Assembly: GCA_030295235.1 (NCBI GenBank)
Contig: AP026135.1
Span: 992,001-1,056,000 of the forward strand
Direction: 5' to 3'
DNA: 64,000 bases
From: Fistulifera solaris
Lineage: Eukaryota
The translations under genes were made by a program, and so were the position numbers. The notes under the pieces were generated by a model that was not told where the DNA came from, did not search any database, and worked only from the letters and a program-made list of their open reading frames with translations. Below are positions 37,644-50,468 of the stretch, piece after piece (within the stretch, counting starts at the first letter, position 1; every line of letters begins with the position of its first letter).

Positions 37644-39790
37644 CTAGAGCACGAGCATGTCGTGGGGCTGCGACGTACCAAGGGAACGAGTGGAGAGCTC
37701 TTCACCGCCACCGCCAACTTGCTCCGTCACGTCATTGATGAGCTTCGTATCCAACTGGAGTGTGCCGTTATGAGGATCATGAAAAATTTGATTGACAAAC
37801 CGATATCCGACGCATAAATCACTAAAATCATAGGCATGTTGAGCAGAAACGGTACTGACGTCGGCGTTTGACGTGCCAACCATATTGACCAATATCTGGT
37901 CGAAATGTATAGCGTCACGAACTTGTTGATGCGAATTCAACTGCTTTGGCCAATATCCTTGATTCAGTCGCATTAACTGACGAGCGTGAGCTTTGAGCAA
38001 AGGCGAACTTACGTTCAATTCATGTCGGAGAATCCAAGTACGTTTGAAGAACGGGTGATCCGGTGCCTCCACTTCTAATTTTGCGAAAATTCGCCGAGGG
38101 ACCAAATGTCCTGTAGGATCTTCATCAATGGCGTGATTACTGGTCTTGCTCAGTGACACAGACCTCATGAACCCACCTAAAGAAAGGGGCTCGACGCGAG
38201 GTGAGGACGGGCCAAGATCAGTCTCGAGAGTCGAGCTTTTCTTCCCTGCATGATTCATGCGCCGAATTTTCTTCTTCTTCCCGCCTCCTTTCCTTCTCAT
38301 ATTCTTACTACTTGCAAGTGTGGGACACGCTTGACTAGCATCGATACTGGCTATAATATTGACAGTGGCGTCAATGATTTCACCGCCCGCAATCGTGTGT
38401 AGGCGATTGTTGATTCGAAACTCCATGATAGGAGGAGGAATACGCTCCACATGTTCGTCAAGCTCCAAAGTATTGTCTTCCATTTCCGGGTCATCCTTCT
38501 CACGTTCCTCCTTATCGATGCTGACTCCACTGCCGTAGCGAATCACAATCGGGTCACTGAAATTAACTTGCGCAAATGACTGAATGCGGGCCACCTTGGC
38601 CACCAGAATCGCTCCACACATACTGGCAAACAATATTCCGGTAAAAGCCTCCATGGTAATAAAGATCGTCATGCCCACACACTTCCACCGATCAGGTTCG
38701 GTTGCTGACACTGCCGGATGCACTACACCATAACCAACGGAACAAAAGGTCGTCCAACTCAGCGAGTAAGAGTCCATGAAGGTCCCTCCTTCGGGCCCTC
38801 CGAAGTCCGTCCCCACGCCGCCGATACAAGTGGGTTGTTGTTGCGCAATAATATAAATGATAAGCGCAAAGAATAAGGTCAAACTGAAGAAAATGAGAGA
38901 GATTGAGAGCAGCACATGCATGAATCGACTCCGAAAGGTCCAATGCAGATATCTGACTACTTGTTCGTTGGGTTGTATGCCAAAACACGAACAAGAGCCA
39001 TGCTGCTCCCCGGTCGATTCGTAGACGGCTAGATGCTGATCCGGAATTCCGAGCTTTTTTAAAAGCTTCCAGTCATTTTTTCGAGTCGGCTGAGTGTTTT
39101 AATCACAAAAGTTAGAGAAATGTTGGTCTTTGCAACAGTGTTGTTCGTTCAGAACGGGAAAGACCTACCCGTATTGTCGCTAATGTATATTGACGGGGCC
39201 CAATGGACGATGATTCGGTGATATCGGGTCGAGAAGGAGCATTCCGCAACTGCCGTGTCGAAACAAAGAATCGACCGTGCGATGATATTTGATTGAATAC
39301 TGCGCTCCGTTCACTGTTGTTTTCGTCTGGGAAGGAGTGCGTCTCGGTGGCTGTTTTGTCGCGAGTGAAAAAATGAAGAAAATGCCGTTTGATTCTTGCA
39401 GCATGGCTTTGCGGAAAAGCTTCTTGGTTCGAGCGGATCTTCGAGAGAAGCATCAATAACAATTACAACCATTGAATGGGAATGGATGAGTGTCGAAGCT
39501 GAATGGATGAATAAAACTTCAGCAAATACATCTCTCACTCTTACCAATGCCGAATGAATTCGAGTTTTTCTTCTATTTCGTGTATCCAAATCAGCACTAC
39601 CGTTGTTGTTTTTATGAAGCTTATGTTTGTTGGAGTTGGTGTCTTCATTGACGAGAGATGAAAAGCGTTTTCGGGGCGCATCCTCTTCAACAGTCTCTGT
39701 GTTAAGTCCAGATTCAACATCATGATGAGAATCGTTCTCTTTGCCGTTCTCTTGATCGACCCGCTCAACGAATGAGCCTTGTCTCCGCAT
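37644..39790 (-). CDS. Inward-rectifier (Kir/IRK family) potassium channel, paralog 1
   Basis: TM1, pore SWTTFCSVGYG, TM2 ITMEAFTGILFASMCGAIL, then the cytoplasmic domain FSDPIVI, IMEFRINNR, WILRHELNVSSPL and YRFVN. Two 5' introns (donors near 39544 and 39168). Confidence 0.85.
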
Positions 39791-40006
39791 TACTGTAACC
39801 TTTTGTCAAACCAATGAAATGTTTCTAATTTAGCTGAAAACAAGGTGCAACAGCGATTATGTACAAGGTATTGTGTTGTCGATCGTTTTGTGAAGGGCGA
39901 ACCGATAAAATAATAATAATAATTCTTCAAGCTTCGAGCCTTTTGTCGAAGTGCGCGCGCACATCACCTGTCGATTTGTCTCTAAAAAATAATGATGAAG
40001 GCGAGT

Positions 40007-40078
40007 GTACCAGGTACAAGTACAAGCATCGGTAACGGTACTTGTACGGTACCAGGTACGGTACCTGGTACAAGTACC
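40007..40078. repeat. GTAC-based nested inverted repeat in the divergent Kir spacer
   Basis: GTACCAGGTAC (40049-59) pairs with GTACCTGGTAC (40061-71). GGTACTTGTAC (40037-47) pairs with GTACAAGTACC (40068-78). Confidence 0.75.
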
Positions 40079-40408
40079 AACGTCGGTGTTTCTAAAACAT
40101 GACGTCATTCACTCGGAAGCAGCTACGTAGTGTGATAGTCTACCACGTGGCATATGTATTTGTCTAACTGTTCCAGCTACAATCCACAAACCGTTTTACC
40201 GACCTGAATGACGGATCGACACTCAAGCGAACTGCACTGCAAATGCTTACTGACTTTTTCTCCTAGTTGCCTTTATTGTCCTGTTTGTTTTCCTCATTAT
40301 ACCACCTAGAGCAACAGACTATGCAACTACTCCGTAACGAATTGTTTCGCATTGATTGAATATTGCCAAAGAGTCCTCCCGATTTCGAAGAAGAATCATC
40401 ATCCGTCG

Positions 40409-42051
40409 ATGTCAGACAAGCAACGATCATCGTCGAGTCTCTCGATACACGTGAGTCCTTTTCGGCTGCTCCTTTTCCTCTGTGCTTACAACGTACAATT
40501 TTTACATTCAAAATTACTTTACTTCTTGCAATTTTTAGGTCCGATCACAACACACTGCTTCAAACCTGAAAGATCGTCTGAAACTAAGACTACGGAATTT
40601 ATTTTTTACAAAACAAACGGACGCCAAAAATGTCGATCTTGAAGTCGGAAGCCATCGAAGTATTCAATATCGCCTGGATCGAGAAAAACCGCCGGTAGGA
40701 ATCATGAAAAGGATACTTACATGCGGACTCGTGGGGAAAGTTCGATCGAGTGTTTCAACGCATGGAATGAACCCCAATCAAACGTTGGCAATCTACTTGC
40801 ATTGGATGTTTCGGTACGATGTCTATATTTCGTGCGTGTGTGTCTATCTGAAAAGTTTCTAACAGCTTATTGAACTCTTGTTGTTTCTTTTACAAAAGGG
40901 TAAACTTCCTGTTTCTCTTTGGACTGATGTGGTTGGCTTTTGTCGGCCTCACTATTGTTTTCGCTGGCTTTATTGCCATTGCGGGGAGGATGGATTCCAG
41001 TTGTGTTCAAGTATCGAGGAATGATTTTGGAGCAGCGGGGACTCCTTTTTCGGATGCGTTTGCTTTAAGTTGGACTACCTTTACGACTGTTGGATACGGA
41101 ACCACAAATACGGCGTTGAGTCATAATCACTCCAATATGTTCAAATGCTTTTGGGTGGACTTTGTTTGTTCCGTCGAGGCTCTTCTCGGTATCATTTATT
41201 CCGGCTTTTGTGGAGCGATTTTGTTTGGAAAAATCCTTCGCGTACAGAGTTCTGCTCAAGTGATTTTCAGCGACCCGCTTCTCATCCGATACGGCGCGGG
41301 TCTTACAACCGAATTCGAAGCCATGGCAGGGGAAAGCACAGATAACGATAAAAGTCCGTGTCCGATGTTGGAATTCCGCATTGTCAACAAACTGTACGGA
41401 GATATCGGAGGAGAAATTATGGATGCCACTTTGAATGTTGTTGCAAGCGTAGGCAAAGATCACCTCAATCCTATGTCACAACGTTTCAGTCGCAAAAACT
41501 TGACATCCAACAATGGACACTATGATTCTAATCACAGCTACAATTCGTCGGACATGGATGTAGATCCTCCGATACAGCAGGCGGATTCAGCTGAAATTGG
41601 GGATACGTTTTCGAATATTGACGCAGAAACGAACATCACAGACAAGCATATCTTTTCGAAAATGCACGTTGAACCAAGCGATCATCCTTTCTTCAAACGT
41701 GTGTGGCTGGTGAAACATGTGCTAAATCAAGATTCACCCATTCTAAAGCCCCGAATCCGGCGCATGATTCGTCGGAATGGTGGGCATTGGCCCCAGAAGC
41801 TCAATAGCTACGCTTCCATTCGGGACAGTCTTCAGTTCAACCAAATCTTGGTCAGCTTTAACGGAGTTTCCAATGCCAGCTCCATCGATGTTTACGCCCA
41901 ACGCATTTACGACTTTTACGATTTGAACATTGGATACCAATTTGTGAATATTCTTTATAGAAGTGAAAACGGTGCTGTGGGGGTTGATATTGATCTAATC
42001 AATGACGTTCGGGAGCAAAATGGCGGTGGTGGTGAGCCTCTATTAGAGTAA
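40409..42051 (+). CDS. Inward-rectifier (Kir/IRK family) potassium channel, paralog 2
   Basis: Pore SWTTFTTVGYG, TM2 SVEALLGII, FSDPLLI, MLEFRIVNK and WLVKHVLNQDSPI. Introns at 40451..40538 and about 40814..40899 give MSDKQR..|VRSQH..PNQTLAIYLHWMFR|VNFLFL. Confidence 0.88.
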
Positions 42052-42452
42052 GGTTTGGTTCTATTGCTATGAATGGACGGCTTCAACGTCAGAAAATGCA
42101 TAACGGAGAACGAAAGACGAATTGAAAAGATCTCGAAACTCAGAATCATCCTTTCAATCATGGCGGATCGACTCCGACTGAGCGAAGCAGTAATGCTACT
42201 CGTGTAGGCCAATAATCTCTTTGAGAACGTGGCACATTGATTGCTTTTCGCAAAGGCTATCAGCTTGTTGACGATCTACTTATCCCTAATTTTGGCTGAT
42301 GTGCTAGTGCTAACATTAGCTTGAAAGAGTTTGCATAGTCTGCACGAACGTTCCGCTGGAATAAGCGATTGTTTACTTGCTCATAAAACGTAGCTAGAAC
42401 AAAAGTATTGACCTAGCAAAATGATCATTGTAGTCGTAATTAGATGTGACGA

Positions 42453-43626
42453 TCACTCAGAAACGAGTCGCACAGTAGACGCCCCGCCGTGTTGAAACGG
42501 CCTAGGATGAGCCTCAAAGTTGGGGGCATCTGGGAAATAAATATGCCGCAATTGAAGTAAGTCTGGAACAAGGTCGCGGATAAGCAGTTGCTCTAGATAA
42601 ATCCCATCCAGAACGCTCCCCGGTACAAAAGGATCTTCTAGTTGGTAGATAGCTTCGAACAGGCTCGTCAACGCCAATGATGTGATGACAGCAAAGGCTA
42701 TCCCTGTGCCCAACGAATTCAACTCATGGGCCACCTGAGCATAAAAGGGTGCATAGAAAGGTGGCAAAAGATGGAGAATAAACGAGAAAAACTCCGCAAT
42801 GCCTGCGGTGTTCGGTAATTTTGATCATGCGCAGTCTTTCAAAGTACTGCAGGGAATCTCTTTCCCATTGACGAATACGCGACGATTCATTCCCCGGCAT
42901 GCCTTCTCGTTTAAGAACTTCACAACACTGCGAAAGCTTGGCATATCGTGCATTCATCGATCGAAAGCTGTTTGTTGCTTTGGATAGAATCAACTTGGCT
43001 TCATTCTGATACCGGGGAAAGATCTTGTGCCGGGCACGCGAACACGTCGGCAACGTCAAATAGTGTGTCGCATCCGAAGCAATACCAAAGAGTTGTTGCA
43101 GAACCGCATCACTATGTTTCCTCCAATCGACATCTGACTGAGCTCGACCCGAAGGTTTCGGTTTGGGATCCCAATCCCAATTGGCATGCGCGATGTACAG
43201 TTGCAACAAAGTGGCGCGAAAATTCCCCAAATCACGCAAAGCATTCTCTCGTCGTGTGAAAGCCATGCTGATGACTGCTGTAATGGGAGTCACAACCGCG
43301 AAGGAAAGAAGGACCCAATTCATAATATTGCCGTCGAATTCGTCCTTCTCTTCTGTTTCCCGAACGACATAAAGGGTCAATCCAACACTCAGGGCAATGC
43401 TAATAAGGGATTCAATGGAAATGAGATAGAGACCAAAAATAGTAATCGACGCGACAGTATTCACAACGACCAAGTAAGCTGCTCTGGCGAGAGAAAATGC
43501 TGATTCTCCCCTTCGGCTTTCCGTCGCCGCGTCTTCGTCAATCCCAGCATGATAGGATTGCGCAACATGTTCGACAGTTTCGTACGGCTTGGAGCTGCGA
43601 TCTATTTCTTTCGGTAATGATGTCAT
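42453..43626 (-). CDS. Bestrophin-like (YneE/UPF0187-type) membrane channel
   Basis: N-terminal TM pair, AFTRRENAL, helical cytosolic region, (K)NYRTP, two more TMs and LEDPF. Two homopolymer frameshifts near 42820 and 42768. Confidence 0.65.
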
Positions 43627-44231
43627 GATAATGAAGAGATTAATACATTATTGCGAAAACAGGAGAACTGTTGACATGTCATAATACAATAAATACCGCC
43701 AAACGGCGCAGAAAAAAGTACGAGGGTACTTGTACTCCGTAAAAAATAATGGCCTCTTTATTGCGGGAAAACTATGAGGCTATGACTCCTCCTCGTGACT
43801 GCAGTTCACTCATTCATCTGGACCGTCCCCATAATTGCAAACACCAAGGTTGTCACCAAAAATAATAATGAGCAAAATTGTGCACGAGATTATAGCTTCA
43901 TGTCAATGAAACCGCCTAAAGTCAGCAATAGGGACGAATATTTCTTTTACGTAATCACATAATTTGAGTTTTTAGTAACAAGGCGCGTTTTCGTGTGTGA
44001 TCATCTGTCACGAGGCGAGCTGATATAATCAACAATTAGTCTATAATCTAGAGAAATTGAACAATGAGCGACTAAGTGGGAAAAACAATTCCGTTTTCGG
44101 CCTAAATTAGCAACGAGAGCAGTTCCGATCGTCCTCTATTTCGCCCCCTTACTCATCGCTCATCCAAGAAACAATTAGCATCTCGTAGGCATGCATCCAT
44201 GAAAATTCACGGATAATTTCGCTCAACACAT

Positions 44232-44913
44232 TTAGCTGCTACCATTATTTCGTTGCAAATGTTTCTTGTGCATGGTAATTTGCAGTCGTTTGGCCTCGTC
44301 GGGACGTATCTTGGCACCATTGTATCGACTGCGAGCTCCGGATGATTTGCGGTGATAAAATTCCATCGCGTCAGTTTCTCCTATTATATCATCATCATCA
44401 TCATCATCGTCTTCTTCTATCTTTTCAGTGACAATAAATCGCCGGTACTTTTCGCGCACCGATGAATGGGTTTTACAACGAATTTCGGTTTTAAGCGGAA
44501 AGGCCGCAACGTCGGCTGTAATTGTTCCTGTTCGATCGTCGGATGACTCCTCTTGGTATCGCTGGAGGCTGCTTTCTGCAAAATGACATCGCGAAACGAA
44601 AGCCTCGAAGCGACTGACCAGACCGAACGCGGCCCCGCAACCACATCATAACTCGAGTCGTCGTCATGACATTTGCTACAAGAATGATTATCTTCCTCGG
44701 GCACGGACTCCAAAATATCGTAGCGACTTAAATCCGGTGTCGAAAAGAGGAACTCAGAGATCGCGGTCGTCTCGGCATTTCGACCATCACAGGTTGTTGC
44801 GATGATGATGATTCGGGCTCGTCGGAAGCAATCAGTTCCCAATCATCTGTTTCCGTGGATACGTTGGTGTTCAATGTAGGCCATTCGTCTTCTGTAGTGT
44901 CCATTTCTCCCAT
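44232..44913 (-). CDS. Hypothetical acidic/disordered protein with basic C-terminal motif
   Basis: Three overlapping ORFs join across two frameshifts into MGEMDTTEDEWPTL..STPDL..SFRDVIL..CAKSTGDL..DAMEFYHRKSSGARSRYNGAKIRPDEAKR. Confidence 0.6.
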
Positions 44914-45387
44914 CTTTTATCGGTACGCGATCATGGACTTGTTGCAGTAAGTAAGTAAATTTACACTAGAATGATGAGGTGACTCGGGGTACAGCGCTTT
45001 TGAACGCGATTGGTAGTAGTAGTAAAATCAATATCGCGAACCGCGAACCTGCTCTCTGGTTTTCGATAGCGTCGAACGTCGAGCGTCGAACGTCGAACAA
45101 CGACCAACGACCAACGACATGTTCTTTCTTACTTTGTATTAAGGAGTGAGTACGAAGGACGCGGGCGGCGTGACGCGACTGAAATTAATTACAACCGCGA
45201 ATAACGCAGCGACACGGACTACACTTTGATACGTGAAACAACTGTCACGTTTTCGCTTTTCGTCGCTCGTCGCTGTTTCTTCATTCGGTGATGATACCAG
45301 TAATGGTAATATCTCTCACCGCATAGCCGTCTTCCTTTTGATACGTTATAAAGTGCCCTCGTCTTTTGCAAAGCAACTGTATTGAAG

Positions 45388-46733
45388 ATGCAAGAGCCAT
45401 CGTCAACATACGAAGCAACACAAGCACGACAACGAACACTGGCGCAACCCGACAAGGTGCACTGGGACGGAGAAGTATCGTTTCGAGATCATCCGTATCG
45501 ACAATTGCATCATCAAAGAGGGATTATTGGAGCATTTCGTGTTCGATTATTAGAAGCATCGAATCTCAAACGATCGTACTGGTCTCCTTTGGCCATTGGC
45601 CCAGTGAAACTGTTGGGCTTGAGCAAGGCACACGGAAACGTGTCCTCCTTTTGTTCCTTTTCATTGGATACAGCCTCCGCGTACGACGACAATGATAGTC
45701 TTGCACCGTCCACCTCGCATCGCAAACCGGCACCGACGTCGAAACCCCCACCGAAACGCCCCACTGTGGTATCACCCGTCATTCCGGAAAACAACAACCC
45801 GGTTTGGGACAATTTTCAATTTGATTTTCCGTTGCGGAAAGGATTCATGGCACAAGATGGGATGCGTTTGTTACTGACCGTTCGTGTCAACGAAGATTCG
45901 ACTCCGGTTGAAACCCTCATGCCCGGAGGATTGTCAGATGGTGATGCGCGATTGTTGGGAATGGGCAGTCTCGACATTACCGACCTTTGTTTGGGGTGCA
46001 CCAGTGAAGGCGATCCGGTACCGGGAGTGATCGATGCGTGGATTCCCATCTCTTTGCCCAACAAGGATCGTTTGCTGGTTTCAAATGAAAAGAACGAGGA
46101 CTCCAATATCATAGCATCCTCGGAACAATCGACGGGGATGGTTCGCGTTCTAGTATCCTACGGACCATCCGGATTGGAACCACACGAAAAAGACATTGTA
46201 GCCCTGGAAGCCTTCGCGCGTCGCAATCCATCCACTTCGTCCTGTCGACCACTTCTTCCGCCTCTCCGGCCACTGACGGTGGTCGAACGGCGAGGCGCTT
46301 TCTTGCTTTGTGAATACAGTCTCTCCGATCAAGGACGGAAAAAGGCGTTTGTGCGATTGCATCGAAACTCGGTCTTTGTCATTGAACGACAAAATCTGGC
46401 GGATGCCGCACACAATCTAGCACTCCTCCCATTTGATGTCATGATGTCGACACCCATGGGACGAGCGAGTGCGCAAGCGTTAGTCCCGTGAGTGCCGCCG
46501 GAAAAGAACTTTTGATGCCGGCACTGCTTTCTTTGAAATTACTGTGGGTTGCGGCACGTACGACGACTTTGGCGGGTCTCTCCGGAGCGCAAGCGTTAGG
46601 CTCGACTTTGTGGCAAGAGGGTTCGACTAGTTTGACGGCGAGTCACCATAGCGATAGTAATTTGTCCCTGAGAGGTCATGATCATTACCGAAACCATCGC
46701 GATGGTGCTCTTTCGCAATTCGCTCAACTTTAA
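45388..46733 (+). CDS. C2-domain-containing protein
   Basis: RVRLLEASNLK, SPVIPENNNPVW, LLGMGSLDITDL, DAWIPI and GMVRVLVSY give a C2-like strand pattern. A frameshift near 46488 joins the C-terminal ORF. Confidence 0.7.
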
Positions 46734-47190
46734 TAGATGCGGAGAGTTTTTGTTAAGACCACTACATATTTTATTAGGGATTACTTTGTGGAATATGCAG
46801 CCATACTCAAATGCTTCCAATCGGGTTTTGCTAGTCAATATAACACATTGAGTTTGCTAAATGGTCTTTATCTGATTCACTAGCCAAGATTGTTAAACGT
46901 TAATATCTCGTATCGCCCTCTATCAGTGATGCAAGCAAGATCCTAAAACTATCATGTGCCTTTGATCGTGTTCTCGTCATCGCCAGCACAGAATGCTTGT
47001 GTTGAAAAATGGAGTCGATGAGACGATTTGTGTAGACGAAAGCGTCTGCAAAAATTCTTTGTCAAATTTCAAGTTCGCCTACACAACCTACACTAAGAAA
47101 GATTGCAAAAGACGTATTTAATCAGTTCCACTAGACATCTCTATTAACGTGACCAAGCTATTCGTTATCATTCGCGTCTGACATCTCTCT

Positions 47191-48195
47191 TTAGAGCTGA
47201 CCACAGTTATCAATGACGACCTTGGCCTTGGTGGTACCACTGCTGGATCCAACACCTTCGATAGTACGGACGACATCCATGCCTTCGACGACGGAGCCAA
47301 AGACGACGTGCTTACCGTCCAACCACTGGGTCTGGGCCGTGCAGATGAACTGAAAACAAAGAAATAAAACAAGAAATTACAAATGCATGAGTCTTCTATT
47401 TTCCACAGCCAATTATCATGACAGCGAATCCCCACGTTTAACTGTTACTTACGAACTGCGATCCGTTGGTACCGGGACCGGCGTTGGCCATGCTGAGAAT
47501 ACCAGGACCAGTATGCGTCAATTTGAAGTTCTCATCGGGGAATTTTCTATACGATTCGAATGAAAAAAGAGAAAATTGTAAGAAAAAAACAAGCCATCTA
47601 AGGTAATAGCGACAAAGCTCGTGAACAGTTCGTCCCAACACTTACCCTCCGTAGATCGACTTTCCGCCAGTACCATTGTGGTTGGTGAAGTCTCCTCCCT
47701 AGGAAAGATTTAGAAAAGAAAAGAAATGAGAACTCTGAGCAAGTCGCAGTTTTATTTAGTCATCGATTACTTGACAATGAGCTTACCTGGCACATGAATC
47801 CGGGGATCACTGCGTTGATTATTGCCGAAACATTAGATAACGATGAGAAAGAGTAGTAGTGAAAGGGAGGATGTAAAGGAGCGCATTGACAACGTACCGC
47901 GGTGAAAGCTGGACCCCTTGTATCCAAATCCTGGTTCTCCGGTGCAAAGCTGACGAAAGTTCTCCGCCGTCTTGGGAACAATATCCGCGCGAAGTTCCAT
48001 AACAATGCGACCGACGGGCTTGCCGCCTACCGACATATCGAAGAAGACCTTAGGGTTGGACCTAAGGAGAGAGACATTAGGCGCGACGTGAGTCGACGAT
48101 ACGCAAGTGTATGCGAAACAACGAAGGGGGGAGAAAGCAAAGTGCTGTGCCGCATATCGCAGTGCAACCATAATCCGCCTTGTCGCAACTTACAT
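47191..48195 (-). CDS. Cyclophilin (peptidyl-prolyl cis-trans isomerase), six exons
   Basis: The spliced product reads [72 protein letters not shown]. Introns at 48193..48062, 47897..47810, 47786..47699, 47645..47547 and 47452..47350. Confidence 0.95.
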
Positions 48196-48727
48196 GATGC
48201 TTGAAAAGCGAGCAAATATAACAACAGGATATTGTGTAACGAGAAAAGATCCGATGCAATGAATCGACCAGCTGTTTTTTTTTGCGCTTGCCCGGGGCTT
48301 TGGTTGTGTCGCTCGGAATGACCGTTGGTAAACGGTAGACTCCGCCGAAATCTTCGGTGACCTGACAGACGGTACAAGTCGGCTTATAGTCAATGGCTTG
48401 TGGTACATTTTTCATGACAGTCATCGAATCGTACGTATCAGAGCCAACAAGATCTTTCGATTTCCACGAAGATCCGGGGAAAGGTGTGAAGGACAGAAAA
48501 GAGACTTTACAAAACGACCATAAGTTTTGTCCTTATAGTATTATTCCTAATTTCCTAATGATTTTCGTAGGGTGGAAAGTATGCGGTTTTCACATTTATG
48601 ATGTATTGTATCTTGATGCGACGTTCATTGCGCTCGTCGCTCGCCGCATCATATCCTCAAGAAAACAAGAAGAAATAAAATCATTCTGGTTGCGATTATT
48701 ACCTTTCACAGCCACAAGTTCTTAAGA

Positions 48728-49562
48728 ATGTCCACAACGACAGAACCAGAAAGCAAAAAGTTGAAAATGGACGAGTATCCCATGTCCCCCGATGCGGAAT
48801 GGCCCGATGCGTGGCTCATGCCCGATCAAGTCGAAGATCAGTGTGCACCCAATCAACTAGAACCCAATGTACCAGTTTCCGCCGAACAAATGCGTGATTT
48901 GGGTATCTGTTACTGGAAAATGGACGATGTAGACAAGTACGATTATCCCATAAAGGCGATTCCGTGGGATCCGAAGGACGCCAAAGATCCGAAACTGCAA
49001 GCATTGCGTGATGCTCGAGGGTACTCGTATGCCGATATTATTACCGTTCACCCGGATCATCTTCCCGAATTTGACCAGAAAATTAAGGCTTTCTTTGAAG
49101 AGCACATTCATGATGCGGTACGTTGTTAGTGGGGGAAGTAGTGGGAATAAATATTCTTGTTTTCTAACGCTCACATTATTATGAATAAAGGAAGAAATTC
49201 GTTACATTGTCGGCGGGTCCGGATACTTTGATGTTCGCAACAAGGAGGACAAGTGGGTGCGCGTACATGTCAAGAAGGGTGATCTTATGACGCTTCCTGA
49301 GGGAATTTACCATCGTAGGTTTGCTGTGATGTGCTATTTGCTATTGTAGAAATCCGTCAATCTCATCCTTCTCTCCCTTAACTCACACTTGACAGGATTT
49401 ACATGCGACGAAGATCACATGATCCACGCCATGCGATTATTCATCGGGCAGCCTGTTTGGACGCCTTTCAATCGTCCACAAGAAGATCACCCTTCGCGCA
49501 AAAAATACGCCGAATTGTTTTTGGCGACTGAAGAAAAAAAGGAAGACGCCGACACTCATTAG
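48728..49562 (+). CDS. ADI1: Acireductone dioxygenase (methionine salvage)
   Basis: [41 protein letters not shown] and [17 protein letters not shown] motifs. Two introns near 49118-49190 and 49315-49395. Confidence 0.93.
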
Positions 49563-49826
49563 ACTGACTTGTGAACAATTCTTTTCATTTAGGCACAAAA
49601 AAGACAATGTTCAGGCGTCCATACACACGTGTCAAGACGTAAAAATAACCAATAAGCACCGATAGGTTTACCGAGCTACACTTTATTTTTTAAATCGTAT
49701 TCTTACGAACCTGGTACTCTATCGGTGAATCATGAGACTTTCTCTAAAGTGACATGAAATAAAAAAACAAAACAATGCCGGGTTGCGTTGCAGCATTGAA
49801 TTCCAAAGAAATCGATTGTGGTCAAC

Positions 49827-50468
49827 CTATTCTATTTCCAGCATCGCATCCAAGCATGTCACCCCTCCTCCAAGGGTGACAACCTCCACTTCATGGGTGT
49901 CAAAGTGCATCAGAAAAGCTGCCGGTGCATCATAACCTTCTTCTGTGTGGGATCCGGGTGTAAATTTGACTTGAATGGGAAAGTTGGCACTCACTTCATC
50001 GACACTGTATAGTTTATTGACGACGCCCCGCAGTCCGACGGGCAATAACAAGCACCGACGTCCGACGGGGAGACTCTCACTCGTATCGGGTACAAACTCT
50101 TTTGTTCATTGAAGGATCCCTTGGCTTTGGGGGGAAATCTGGTAGGCTTTCAATCCCTCAACTGCGATCCGCACTACCGCACCAAGGGTGATGACTTGTC
50201 CTTTCGCGTCTAAAACGGGTGCTATTTCGTTCGTCTTTTCTTGTTTTTGAGTTCCATCGACGAAAAACGAACCTGCCACGGCAGTGGATCGTTGTACGTA
50301 AATCGAATTGCTGTTTGCCGTGTATTTGGCGCCACGAAATGTTACCGGCGAGAAAGCAGTCACTGCATTCGAAAAGGAGTCAAACGCCCAGAGTAGTAAA
50401 GTCAATTGAGAAAAGAAGTATATCCATCTTCTTGTGTGATGATATTTTGTTGTTGTAATAAAGGACAT
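49827..50468 (-). CDS. Ferredoxin-thioredoxin reductase variable chain-like, plastid-targeted
   Basis: Signal peptide plus VTA-FSP, then G..VRI, GLRGVV, SANFPIQVKF and FLMHFDTHEVEVV matching the FTR-V pattern. One frameshift near 50116. Confidence 0.7.

Noticed and set aside
45068..45118. Short 7-bp tandem repeats (CGTCGAA, CAACGAC) in a divergent spacer
   Set aside because: Only a few degenerate copies, indistinguishable from ordinary simple-sequence slippage.
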